Assembly: GCA_964036045.1 (NCBI GenBank)
Contig: OZ038378.1
Coordinates: 108,934,001-108,998,000, forward strand
Reading direction: 5' to 3'
Length of the DNA: 64,000 nt
From: Eutreptiella sp. 'Long Island Sound 2002'
Lineage: Eukaryota > Protista > Euglenida
Positions within the stretch are counted from its first letter, which is position 1. Each line of letters starts with the position of its first letter. The notes under the pieces are model-generated. The model saw only the letters and a list, made by a program, of their open reading frames with translations, was not told the DNA's origin and made no database searches. Of this stretch, positions 24,711-36,533 are shown piece by piece. The translations under genes were made by a program, and so were the position numbers.

Positions 24711-27700
24711 ATGCCTTTTTTGGTCCCCTTGTTCGACTGGACCAAGGCTGCCCGGGCTGCCGTGGGCACTCGGGGCTATGCAGGCCCCGATGGGTTGGGC
24801 TGCACCGACACCAAGGTGGTGATCCCCCCGGGCACCACCATTGCCCGCATCAGCCTCACCCGACCCCTCCTCGCCGCCGACAAGCAGCTGTGCGCCCTCA
24901 CCGATTGGCTGCACGGGGTCCCGGCGGACAACCCCGACGTGCCGATCCTGCAAGTCCGGCTGCACACCAACGACGTGGATGATGTCATCCAAGCCTGTTC
25001 CGGGTGGGTGAACCCCGCCGGGAAGGACAAGTACCCCTTCAAGCAGACGCACCTCGACAACCTCCGCTACGTGGTGGAGAGCATGCCCGCCATGTCCCTG
25101 CCCAACAACTCCCTCAACAGCCCCTCCCCCTGCCGTTGGAAGCCGGAGCTCGTGGGGTTGACTACGCCGGTGCTGATGGAGAGCGAGGACGCGGTCTTGC
25201 CCCTCCCCATGTGCCACGCCCTGCCGCGGATTGGGACAAGCGAACCGGTGAAGCAGGTGGACATCTTGAGGGAAGTGAGCGAGGAACTCTCGGAGTTGGG
25301 TCAGACGGGGCACGTGTTCAAGGAGGGGTTCCTGGCGAAGGATGGCGACATGGTGGCGAACATAAAGATCGAGGAAGACAACGTGGGCCAGAGGTGTGGC
25401 GGCATTTTCAACGTGGCATGGCCAAGCCCAAACCGGCCACCCGATCCAGGCGACAGGGTTGCGGTGTACGGGATGATTCGAACGGGCAATGGGGGTCAAG
25501 AAAGTCTTCAGCTCCCTCCCGTTGTACGTTGGGCGCCAAGAGTTCTGCAAGGCCTCTCTACGAAGTACCTGGGTCTATTCTTGCCTTTGGTACACGCTAG
25601 AAGACGCAATCTTGATCTAGCCTAGAACGCTCTAGCTAGATCGTTCTAGTCTAGATTAGATCAAAACTAGAACGATATAATAGCCCCGGTAGAACACAAA
25701 AAGCAAATTATCACACACACACACACATGCACGCACACACGTGCACGCACACACTTTGACGCAGGCACGGGCACTGTGGGGGTGCCCTCCCTTCAAGCCT
25801 TTAGTGAGGGGGGGCGGGGGCGTTTCCTTTTGTCACACATTTTTCAGGGGGTAGCTTGATGACTACCTTGGGGGGGGGGGTCGGACTCAGGGGTCTGCGA
25901 GGGTGTTCTGTTCTTCATTTCACAGGTGGTTTTTTCTTGGATTTTGTTGATGTTGATGACGAAATGCAATTTTGAAGTTCAATTCTGAAGTTGCAGGTAT
26001 GCCATGCAATGCTGTGCACTGTTGTGGTGTGTTGTGGTCTAATAAGGTGCAAAGTGGTGTGGTGTGCTGTGTTGCAGTCTGTTGTGGTGTGTGATCGGTT
26101 GTGGTGTGCTGTATTGTGCAGTGGCGTGGTGTGTTGTGTTGTGGTCTGATGGTGTGCGCTGTGATGTGTTGCAGTGTCATGTGGTGTGGTCTGGTGTCAT
26201 GTGGTGTCGCCTCGCGCCATGTGGTGTGGTGTGGTGTGGTGCGGTGTGTTGCCCTGCGGTCTGCTGTAGTGTGTGATTGGCTGTGGTGTGTTGTACTATG
26301 TGGGGGGTTAGTGCGTTGTGGTCACATGACGTGCCCTGTGGTGTGCTGCGTTTTCATGTGGTGCGGTTGGTGGGGTTGGTTGAATGGTGTGTTGGTTGCT
26401 TGGCAGGTTGGGTTGTTTGGCAGCTTCGGTTATTTGTTGGGTGTTTAGCCCGGTTGCGGCATGCTGTGTGGTGTCTGCACCCTGTGGTGTGCGCTGTGGC
26501 ATTCTGTTGTATGCTCTGTGACGTCACATCTGTGAGTACACCTGTATTTGCTGCCATTGCAAGGGAGGGGGGGGGGGGGGCTAGTAAGCATTAAATGTTT
26601 TTGTTCTAGCGCCGTTCTAGGGAACCGTGCGAGCAGTAATCTAGCGACGCTCTAGCGGCCCGCTAGAGCGTCGCTAGAACGCCGCTAGAACAGTTCCCGC
26701 GAACGCCGCTAGAACAAAAATATCTAATGCTTACCAGCCCCCCCCCCTCCCTTGCAATGGCAGCAAATACAGTTGTACTCACAGATGTGGCATCACAGAG
26801 CATACAACAGAATGCCACAGCACACACCACATGGTGCAGACACCACACAGCATGCCGCAACCGGCTAAACACCCAACAAATAACCGAAGCTGCCAAACAA
26901 CCCAACCTGCCAAGGAACCAACACACCATCCAACCAAGCCCACCAACCACACCACATGAAAACACAACACACCATAGGGCACATCATGTGACCACAACAC
27001 ACTTCCCTCCCACATAGTACAGCACAACACGCCACTGCACAGTACAGCACACCATAGCAGATCACACACCACAACAGACTACAACACAGCACACCACACC
27101 ACTTTACACCTTACGAGACCACAGTATTGTCATGTGGGGTGGTCGGGTGTCACGTGGTGTGGTCTGGTGTCAGGTGGTGTGCTGTGGTGTGGTGGGGGAT
27201 CGTGTGATAGGGTTGCCTGTCTGGTTGGTTGAAGGGTGTGTTGGTTGCTTGGCAGGTGGGGTTGTTTGGCAGCTTGGGTTGTTGGGTGTTTCGCTGGGTG
27301 GGGCACACTGTGTGGTGTGTGCACCCTATGGTGTTAGGTGCCGCATGCTGTTGTGTGCTCTGTGACGTCATGTCTGTGGGTACCATGTAATTACTGCCAT
27401 TCCAAGGAGGGGGGGGGGGGGCTGATAAGCAGTCACTATTTTTGTTCTACCGGCGTTTGCGGGGACTGTTCTAGCGGTGATCTAGCGGCGCTCTAGCGGC
27501 CGCTAGAACGTCGCTAGATCTCCGCTAGAACGCCTCCCGAGAACGCCGCTAGAACAAGAATAGTGACTGCTTATCAGCCCCCCCTCCCTCACTTGGAATG
27601 GCAGTAATTACATGGTACCCACAGACATGACATCACAGAACACACAGCAGCATACGGCATCTAACACCACAGGGTGCACACACCACACAGTGTACCCCAC

Positions 27701-29900
27701 CCAGCCAAACACCCAACAAACAACCCAAGCTGCCAAACAACCTTACCTGCCAAGCAACCAACACACCCTTCAACCAACCAGACAAGCAACCCTATGACAC
27801 GATACCCCACCACACCACACCACACCACATGACACCAGACCACACCACGTGACACCCGACGACACCACATGACAACGCAGCACACCAGACGGCACGTCAT
27901 GTGACCACAACACACTACCCCCCCCCCCCCCCCCCCCGCACAGCACACCACACCACAGCAGATCACACACTACGGCAGACCGCAACACACCACAGCACAC
28001 GACACTACTTGACACCACTTTACACCTTATAAGACCACAACACACCACAACACTGCACAGCATTGCATGGCATACCTGCAACTTGAAAATTCAACTTCAA
28101 AATTGCAGTTCGTCATCAACATCAATAAAATCCAAGAAAAAACCACCTGTGAAATGAAGAACAGCACACCCTCCCAAACCCCTGAGTCCAACCCCCCCCA
28201 AGGTAGTTCTCAAGGCCCCCCCCCCCCCCCGAAACAAGTGTGACAAAAGCAAAGCCCCACACCCCCACTAAGGGCTTGAAGGCAGGGCACCCCGACAGTG
28301 CCCGTGCCTATGTCAAAATGTGTGTGTGCATGTGTGTGCGTATGTGTGTGTGTGCGCACATATGACTAGACATGTACCAAATGTGATGGTTTCCATGTGT
28401 CTATGTGTCATGGAACCCCCCCCCTTCCCACATTGGTGTGTTTTACTTGCCAAATGTGTGCGCATGGTTTTGTTCTAGCGGCGTTCTAGCGAAGTGTTCT
28501 AGGAACGTTCTAGCACTGTTCTAGCGGGGCGGCGCTAGAGCGCCGCTAGAGCGTTCCTAGAACGGTTTTTTGTACTTGTTGAATTTCATGTCAAAAATGT
28601 GTTTTTCTGAAAAACAACGAATGGACCCCCTAGTATGGTAATAGGGGTCCAATTTGCACCCTTCATAGCCCCGCCCCCCTGTGCCCATGGGTCGGCGTAC
28701 CCCCCTCTTTTTTTCGTTCTAGCCGCTCTAGCGCGTTCTAGGCTAGAACGAGATTGGGTATTCTAGCGTGTACCAAGGGTGGTGAAGTTTGGATACGTGC
28801 GGGCAATGTCGAATTAGCCACAACTATGGCATCGCGATCTGCCGCTGGAGTTGCAAAACGTTGGGGTGGAGCACGCCTTCTCCTGCTTCATGTCTGTGGA
28901 TCCAAACCGCCCCATGGTTGGCCGCGAGAACATGTTTGTGTACGGTTCTGGCTCTGGTGTTGCCTACCCGTGGCAGGAGGTCTCCATGAGTATGCGGACT
29001 CGCAACCTGTGAATCCTGAGCAGATACGTCATTCACCGTGGTGGGGTTGTCCCAGGTGATGCGTCGGCTGGATCCATCCGTATCATCGCCTTTGCCGCCA
29101 TTGCCACACGCCGCGTCGACTACGAGACGACAGTGCCGATCATCCCGCCACCTTGGGCTGAAGCCCCCACACAACAACCGTCGCCACCGTCCCCAAAGGC
29201 CGTGCAGTGTACAGCAGCGCAGTGCAACCCCGTGGTAAAGGCCAACGGGCCGGCAAAGTGTTTCGGCTTGGACAACCGTCTTCTTTGTGTTGTACATGTT
29301 GATCAACTCTGTACAAAATGTGGGCGGGATTGTGGGGGAGATGCGCCTGCTGTGGAGGCCGCGCCTTCGGGGATGGCATCCGAGGGAGCAAAGGAAGTTG
29401 ATGAGGGGACGCAAAAGATTGTGGAGGAGGATCTGTGCGGGCTTGTGGCTCTAGTGATGATGCCCTTGGACCAGACAGTGCTGTACATCACCCATCGCCT
29501 AGGGCCACTGGCAGCAGAGATTTCAGCGGTTCCGGTGATCGACGTGTCCGCCCAACCTTGCGCCCCCGAAGATTGTCCCCTGGGCCCATTTGTCCATGAG
29601 GAGGAGGAGTTGGAGGCCCCAACCCCAAGCCAGTTCCCTGTCATTGCAACGCAGCCGGGCAGCCTGATGGTGGTGTGTGAACGCCAGGTGGGTGGGATGG
29701 CAATGGTGAAGGACATCGTGGACCTCCCGGTCGCCCAAGTACTTCGATGGGATGTGGCAGGCACCCACCCGCGTGTCGTTGACACGTCTGTCGTGGTCCA
29801 ATCGGGGCTTTTGGTGGCCAACCCTGAGCGCCTGAAGGAGTACTGGTGCCCTTGCCAACAAGTATGTGCCTGCAGTGTGGTGGGGCTAAAGCTTTGGGCC
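24711..29900 (+). pseudogene. F1-b ORF A dioxygenase, split by the insertion at 25584-28779
   Basis: ATG at 24711 (MPFLVPLFDWTKAA...). The frame matches F1-a up to KYLGLF; homology resumes at 28780 (WHRDLPLELQ, HRGG in shifted frames). Confidence 0.8.
25584..28779. mobile_element. Non-autonomous foldback-like TIR element with nested internal inverted repeats
   Basis: TIR CC(T/C)TTGGTACACGCTAGAA extends ~50 bp imperfectly. TG TSD at 25582-25583 and 28780-28781 against the empty site in F1-c. Alternating GT-rich and CA-rich inverted arms; no credible ORF. Confidence 0.88.
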
Positions 29901-30155
29901 AAACGGGCGTCCGGGGGGGGGGGGGGGTCGTTGGAATGGGTGCTGGAAGGGGTTCGTGCTGTGAAAGCATCTGCTGGAAGGGTGCCGAAAAGGTGCCGGA
30001 AGGGGTTCCGCCGGAAGGGTCCGCTGGAAGTCGGTTCCGGCGATGAAAGGGGGGTTATAGCAAGGTCCTAGCTAGGGGCTCCATCACTTCCAAAAGAGGT
30101 TCCAACAGGCATTGTATCACCTCTATCACGTGCACTCCGTCCTCTTTCAGCCACT

Positions 30156-31248
30156 ATGGAGGTCTGGCCGCAATTGGTACAACGGGACCAGTCGGTGGCT
30201 GAGCCGCAGGCACAAGGGGACAGTGCAGCATCTGTGCTGGACACCATGTCGATCGTGTAGCAGGCCCGTGAGGTGCTGACTTGGCCAGCGAGTGCAGCAG
30301 CAAAGCCGGGGGCCGTGGCTGAGGTCATGTTCCCGTCTGGTCATACCCCGTGATACAAGGTTCTGGAGTTCATTGTGGCAACAACGAGCGGCATGAAGGT
30401 GGTGTGCACGTTTCCCGTCCGAGGGAAGGGTCTGCAAGGCAAGAAGCAAGCCGAGTGCATGTTGAACGTTGGAAAAGGGCTGCAGCGGTCTTGGTCGTAC
30501 CAGATGTACCATGAGGAGGATGGGTGGAGCGTGTGGTATGGTCTGTGGGGGCTTCAAGGCGTTGGACGAGATGAAGTTCCGGAGTCCATCATGAAGGTGT
30601 TTGCTGCATGCGTGAACGAGCGCGAGGAGATTTATGTTGGAGGCCGAGGGCACACAAGGGGCGTTGCTATTGAGATGGAAGGAGTCGACGATGCGGAGGA
30701 CAAGGAGGAGCCGAAGGAGAAACACAAAGACAAGTGCAAGGACAAAGCCAGGGATGAGCCAAAGGAGAAACGCAAGGACAAAGGCCAGCACAGACAAGGA
30801 CAAGAACAAGGAAAAGGCCGAAACAACCCGGGGATCACAGTCAGCGCAGTCCCAGTCCGAGCAGTCCCAGCAGTCCCAGCAAATGGTTGATGTTCGGCCT
30901 ATGGCTGACGAGGTGGTACAGCGGTGCAAGAACTCCCGGACGCAGCAGATGAGTCTGACCCTGAGAGATGGCGTCCCCTCGGTAGTGGCAAAGGCGATGC
31001 CTGGCGCCTCCAAGAGCAAGGTAGAGACACTGATTGGCCGGCTGACAAAGCAGCTTGAGACGGACCGCACGGAACGGGCGAACGCCGAGGTCCAGTTGGA
31101 CAATGAGCGGAAACGGGTCAGGGGGTTGGAGCGGGAGAATGAGAGCATGAAAAAGCAGCTGGTGGAGAGCAACACCAAGACCGCCGAAGCAAAGCAACAG
31201 GCAGAGCAACTGTTGGCGGTGATGGCAGGCAATTGCAAGAAGGCGTAG
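30156..31248 (+). pseudogene. F1 ORF B: unknown globular N-terminus, Lys/Asp-rich linker, C-terminal coiled coil
   Basis: ATG at 30156 is in frame with ORF 30375-30890 and shifts into 30634-31248; homologous to 51190-52270. Confidence 0.7.
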
Positions 31249-31264
31249 ACACTAGAGATGAGAC

Positions 31265-31470
31265 CTTTTGGGACCTGGAGATGAGACTTGTCAGAACCTG
31301 GTGATGGGACCTATCGGAACCTGGTGATGAGACCAGTGGGACCGGGAGAGGAGACCTGCTGGGACCCGGAGAGGAGACCTGTTGGGACCTGGAGAGGAGA
31401 CATGTTGGGCCCTGGAGATGAGCTCTGTTGGGACCTAGAGAGCAGACGTGTTGGGACCCGAGATAACACC
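31265..31470. repeat. ~20-bp tandem units (GGGACCTGGAGAGGA-like) 3' of ORF B
   Basis: Repeated TGGGACC(T/C)GGAGA; inverted homologue at ~50940-51170. Confidence 0.75.
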
Positions 31471-32076
31471 TGGGAGCTGAGGGACGCACATGTGCATGTA
31501 CGTGGTGCTCTGCGATTGTGATGACGGCGGTGAGCCACCTTGAACGGAAACCTTTTTTGTTTTTGGCCTCTAGGCTGCGCGTTACCTCGCGTAGGACATT
31601 ATAGTTGCGCCGTGCACCATGTGCCTAAGGTGGTGTCACAAGTGGGAGGCCTCACATAGCCTGCCCCTTCGGAACGTCACCAACCCTTGCGCCCAATATG
31701 CATGCATTCCTTGAAAATTTTGGTATATATCTTTAATTGTGGACCGAAGTGAAGGGGTGTGCCATGGGGTGCAACACATGAATACATTGTACGACATTGC
31801 ACCGTGTTGACCCTTTGGCTGCTGCAGTGTGCCTGTGCCTGCACCTTTGGGAGGGGGTCTCAATGAGAGAGAAAGGCAAAGCATAGGGGGGGGGGGGTAG
31901 TGCTGGAAGGGCTTGCTGGAAGGGGTGCCGGAAGGGGTTCCAGTGCCCGAAGGGTCCACTGGAAGAGTCCGCTGGAAGGGGGCTCCACCGCTGGAGGGGG
32001 TTCCGGCAGGGGTTCCACCAAAGAGTTCCAGCACAGAAAGGGGTTGTAGCAGGGGGTTCCAGCAGGGGTTCCAGCG

Positions 32077-33747
32077 GTGACACCTTTCCCGTTTGTCACA
32101 AAAAGCAGGGAAAAGACGGTTGCCCCACTTGTGGGGAGCACACCACAGCTCAAGCCGTACAAGGCCATCAAGGGGAGGGCGCGAGCAGAGCGGCGGCACC
32201 ACATACAGACCATCATGCGGGAACTTGTAGTGGATCCGGAGGTGGTGGGGGATTGTACATCCGTTTCGCCGGGCACGACATCGATGACGACCCTCGTGTA
32301 GTGCGCGTAATCGGACTGTGGGCCAGCGGTAGGAGATTGAAGTTATCAATATGGCAGATGTTGGCCCTCCCCCGCGAATGCACGCGTCGTGATCTTGCCC
32401 AGGCGCACACAAGGTTAACACCATACTCCACCACAACCTACGCTATCAGTGGCGCCAACATGATCGAGCGGCGGTGCGCAGCAACAACAACACTAGAACA
32501 CCTCGTTTTCGCGCAGTTGAAGATAGCCGAGACCCTAGGGGAGCTTCAAGTGGAACTTGAGAAGATTTCCATTTTCATATGCCCCGATGCAACGGCATTG
32601 TGGCACACATGGATCACTAAGATCGGTGCTTTTGTAAACTGCTGGGCCTCAAGGTTTTCTGCTGCGGGGCACATCCATAAATGGGTGATGTGGGCGTCCA
32701 TGGATGGGCCCAATGACGCCGCATGGCTGCAGGCTTTAGATGAGGATGCGGGCCTAAATGCCCCAATCATCCAGCCACAGGAAAGTTGTACATTCCGTGT
32801 CAAAAACGAAACCAAAAAGTTTCAATGTAGACTGACCGGGGATGGGACAGTAATGATGGTGATGAACGGGGGGGGGGAGGGGATGTTGGTGGGGCTGCCC
32901 CGATGCCACCGGGTTGGTGCCGATAGATGGCACGGTAAACAAAATTCAGTGGCGCGCATTTCTTCGAAGTGTGTGTATTCGCATTGGAGACTATGCACAC
33001 GCAGGTTGTAGGGTAACCAATGCTTTCACGAAGCGCCTAACAGAAACTATTACCACCTTGACAGTGGCCGTTGGTGGAGTGCGGCGAATCGCTAGTGAGT
33101 TTGCCGATATATGGTCTGTCCTTTTTTCAAATGTAAAGCATGTGGCTCTTGCTGACAGGCTTTTCCAAAGGACCACTAGGGCAGGGCAATGTGATACCAG
33201 CACCTCTGTGTTGTTCTTGATAGGACCCAAGTACCATGTTCAAATTACACATGGCCTCACGATCAATTTTCCTAACACCATGTTTGGTGGTGTCCTCTTG
33301 TGGACACTAATTGAAGTGTTGGTGCGCAATATGCGTAGCCTAAATGCCTTGTGGAGGCAAAAGACACCATTGACCAATGGTAAGGTGCAAGAGGCCATGA
33401 TTCACTGCCGTAAAATCGGTGAGGCATGGCGCCAGTTGGGTTGGAAGTCAACCCCATGGGCCCACTGGACAGTGGCCCATTGTGCAGCAGTGCTCCAAAA
33501 ATATAGTAACCTTTATGTGTTCCGCAGTATACTTGCGGAACACAGGCATAAACCTTTCAAACTTGCTGTCAAAAACAGCATGCGTGGGCGGTGCCTTCGC
33601 CGCCCACGCGTTTCACGATGTGGTCTCACGCGTGTATTGAACATGGAGACCCTTGACGTGGGATTGCTGCACCGAGCGGCCCATCAAAGGCTTGCCCTTG
33701 GCGAGGCCACAAGGGACCCAAGAAAAAGGCACAGCATGTACGCTTGA
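32077..33747 (+). pseudogene. F1 transposase, most complete copy (frameshifts near the 5' end and in a G-run at ~32880)
   Basis: ICPDATALW, LTGDGTVM, CWWGC (shifted frame), GDYAHAGCRV, WAHWTVAH, ILAEHRHKPFK. Confidence 0.85.
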
Positions 33748-34171
33748 TAAAACCAAATTTGAACCCGGTGGATGCATTTGGTGCCCTTCTTGCAATAATC
33801 CTTGGCGCAGAAAGCCCCCCACAGAACGGGTGCAGAATGGGGGTTCCAGCACACATAGGGTGTGAAGGGTGCAAAAAGGAGGTGCTAGCGCCAAAAGGGG
33901 GGTGCAAAAAGGGCGCACAAAGGGTGCGGAAAGGGTGCAGAAAGGGTGCTAGAACCCCCCTTCCGGCAACAAGGGGGGGGGGTGTAAAAAATCCGGGAAA
34001 ACGGACTGTTTCGGACAAAACTGAAAATAAGCCACCAAATGGGGTGTAAACATGTGGTGATTGGCCCCAAAACACTTTTCAACCACACAAGGTGGTGTGG
34101 CTTGGGTAAACATGCAAAAAGGGCGCTAGAAGAGGGCGGTTCTTGGGCACATCTTCTAGCAACGCACCCCA

Positions 34172-34910
34172 CACGGGCCCCAGCCAAGATTGGCGGGGTT
34201 AAGGTGAAAACCCGTACGCAAACACACATGCCACAATCCCCGGCCGGCAAAGGCGGGGTCGAGGCAAAACCCGTACCGAACACACGCCACAAATCCCGGC
34301 CAGGATTGGCGGGGTTCAGGCGCAACCCGCACCCAAACACACACCACGCACCCCAGCGAGGATTGGCGGGGTGAAGGCACAACCCGTACCCAAAAACACA
34401 CGCCACAAACCCAAGCCAGGATTGGTGGGATTAAGGCAAAACCTGCTTTGAAACGCACGTGCCACAAACCTGAGCCACGATTGGCGGGGTTAAGGCAAAA
34501 CCCATACCCAAGCACACACGCCACGGGCCCGGGCCACGATTGGCGGGGTTAAGGCGAAAACCCCAACCCGAGCACGCACGCCACCGTCCCCAACCAGGAA
34601 AGGCAGGGTTAAGGCACAACCAGGACCGGACACATACGCCCAGCTGGTAATGGCGCAGTAAAGGCAAAACCCAAACCCAAACACACGCGCCACACAAGAG
34701 TAGAAAACCCAGTGTCCATAGCCCGGGCACTGAGGCAGCCCGCGCCATGTAGGTGACCCGGCCAAACGTGACCCGGAGCTTGGCAGTGAGGCTGCATCCT
34801 AAGTCTTGCGCTGTTTTGCGACTCAAGGTGAAGTGTGCGACACCCAAGCACCTCGTTACCGTAGTACCTAGACGATGCCGCCGATATGCCTTCAGAACGG
34901 GATACGCCAG
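34172..34910. repeat. Array A and adjoining unique flank, inverted paralogue of 8837-9584
   Basis: The reverse complement matches through CTGGCGTATCCCGTT; homology stops at 34910. Confidence 0.88.
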
Positions 34911-35069
34911 CACATTTCACAAAATCCCTTACCTTGAAATGTTCTTTTGCTTACCAAAATGCTCCATTTCACTGGCTGTATTTTGAAGGGGGTTTTCCAC
35001 AGCATTCTTAGCTTTTTGCCATCGCTCGCACAACATGTGCAGCAACGGTGACCTCCTTGAAAGCGTTCC

Positions 35070-35480
35070 TAGCATCCTCCCCTTCCCAAAGCTTCTTGAA
35101 ATGTTGGTAGCAATATCGCACGCACCACGAGGCACCAACTCCCCCGTCCCTTTTTCCAAGCAAATATTCCAAGCACGTTCCCCTTCCCAGCGCTCCCCGA
35201 AAGGTTGGTAGCAACATCGCAGGCACCCCGTGGCACCAACTCCCCCGTCCCATTTTCCAAGCAAATATTCCAAGCACGCTCCCCTTCCCAGGGGTCCCCG
35301 AAACGTTGGTAGCAATATCGCAGGCACCCCGTGGCACCAACTCCCCCGTCCCTGTTTCCAAGCAAATATTCCAAGCACGTTCCCCTTCCCAGGTGTCACC
35401 GAAAGGTTGGTAGGAATATCGCAGGCATCCCGTGGCACCAACTCCCCTGTCCCTGGTTCTAGGCAAATATTCCAAGCACG
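35070..35480. repeat. 101-bp tandem repeat, ~4 copies
   Basis: GCAATATCGC-like motif starts at 35110, 35211, 35312, 35413. Confidence 0.9.
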
Positions 35481-36533
35481 CCATGGTGCCCCCTCCCTCA
35501 AACCTTTTTTCGAAGCGCACGTGCAATCGCTCCCCTGCCAGCAAACTGTATACCAATAGCACAAGCCCCCCAGGGCCGGGAAACCCTGCTGTATTTTTCC
35601 AAGCGGTTGTTCAACCCGCAGCGCGTTGGTGAACAGCACCATCTATGTACATGGCTCTGCCACTCCTCAAAGAGAACCTGCCCCGGCAACCATGGCCACG
35701 CGTGGCTAATCACAAGTCCCCGACCGTTGGACTGAGTCACGGAGCACCGGGTTACAAAGCGAGAAGCCAAGAGCACGGATGCGGACCGCTCAATACAAAG
35801 CCGACCTCAACAACCAGATAGCAAAGACACAGAAGGACATGGGCAAGGCGCGGGCGCGCCTCGGCGAGCTGCGTCCCAAGGTGAAGACCACTCGCCCACT
35901 TGCCCCGTTTGATAGACAAACTTCCATGCCATAGCACAGCAAACGCGCACACAAGCACACAAGCACACAAGCACTAAGCCAAACAATGCACTGCATTACG
36001 CGTGCACCACACACATACCATTAAGGCATGGTCCAGAGGGACACATGCAGAGTGCACGTTCCGGAGTGACGCATGCATGCCAGGGCACAAAGGACAAACC
36101 GCACAACCAAAAACGCGCGACGCCGAACAAACTACACATCATATCATACAATGCTCGGCCACTCCTCAAAGAGAAGTGGACAATTTATATATGCTATATA
36201 TACGGTGATACAGGCTGCGTTTGTTTTGTTCAGCATGGTCCACCGTGTGAATGACTGTACGGGACTGTGCAGAGCTCTTGCAGAACACACAGAACTGTAG
36301 GCCTTGAGTGGCCTAGCAAGCACACACGCAGACGAGCACACAAGCACCAAACTTCAACAAAGCAGCTCGTGATGTTTAATCTTAGGAGGTACTCAGTGGA
36401 GCGCCGAGGCCCGCTGCTTCTGTGGAAAGAGGGAATAAGTGTCGCTCCCAAGTGGGACCATTCGTTGTGACATTCAGACGTCTCCTCAGTGGCCTAGCAA
36501 GCACACACGCTATGTACATTGCTCCGCCACTCC

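Larger units (their letters stand above)
24321..34171 (+). mobile_element. F1-b: three-gene TIR transposon, containing a 3.2-kb foldback insertion
   Basis: Ends TGCAGTGCGTCGCTAGAAGGTGTGC and GCACATCTTCTAGCAACGCACCCCA; CA flanks both ends (24319-24320, 34172-34173). Collinear with F1-a and F1-c. Confidence 0.88.

Noticed and set aside
25920-28081. Val/Cys/Trp-rich and Thr/His-rich ORFs
   Set aside because: These are translations of GT/CA simple repeats in the foldback element.
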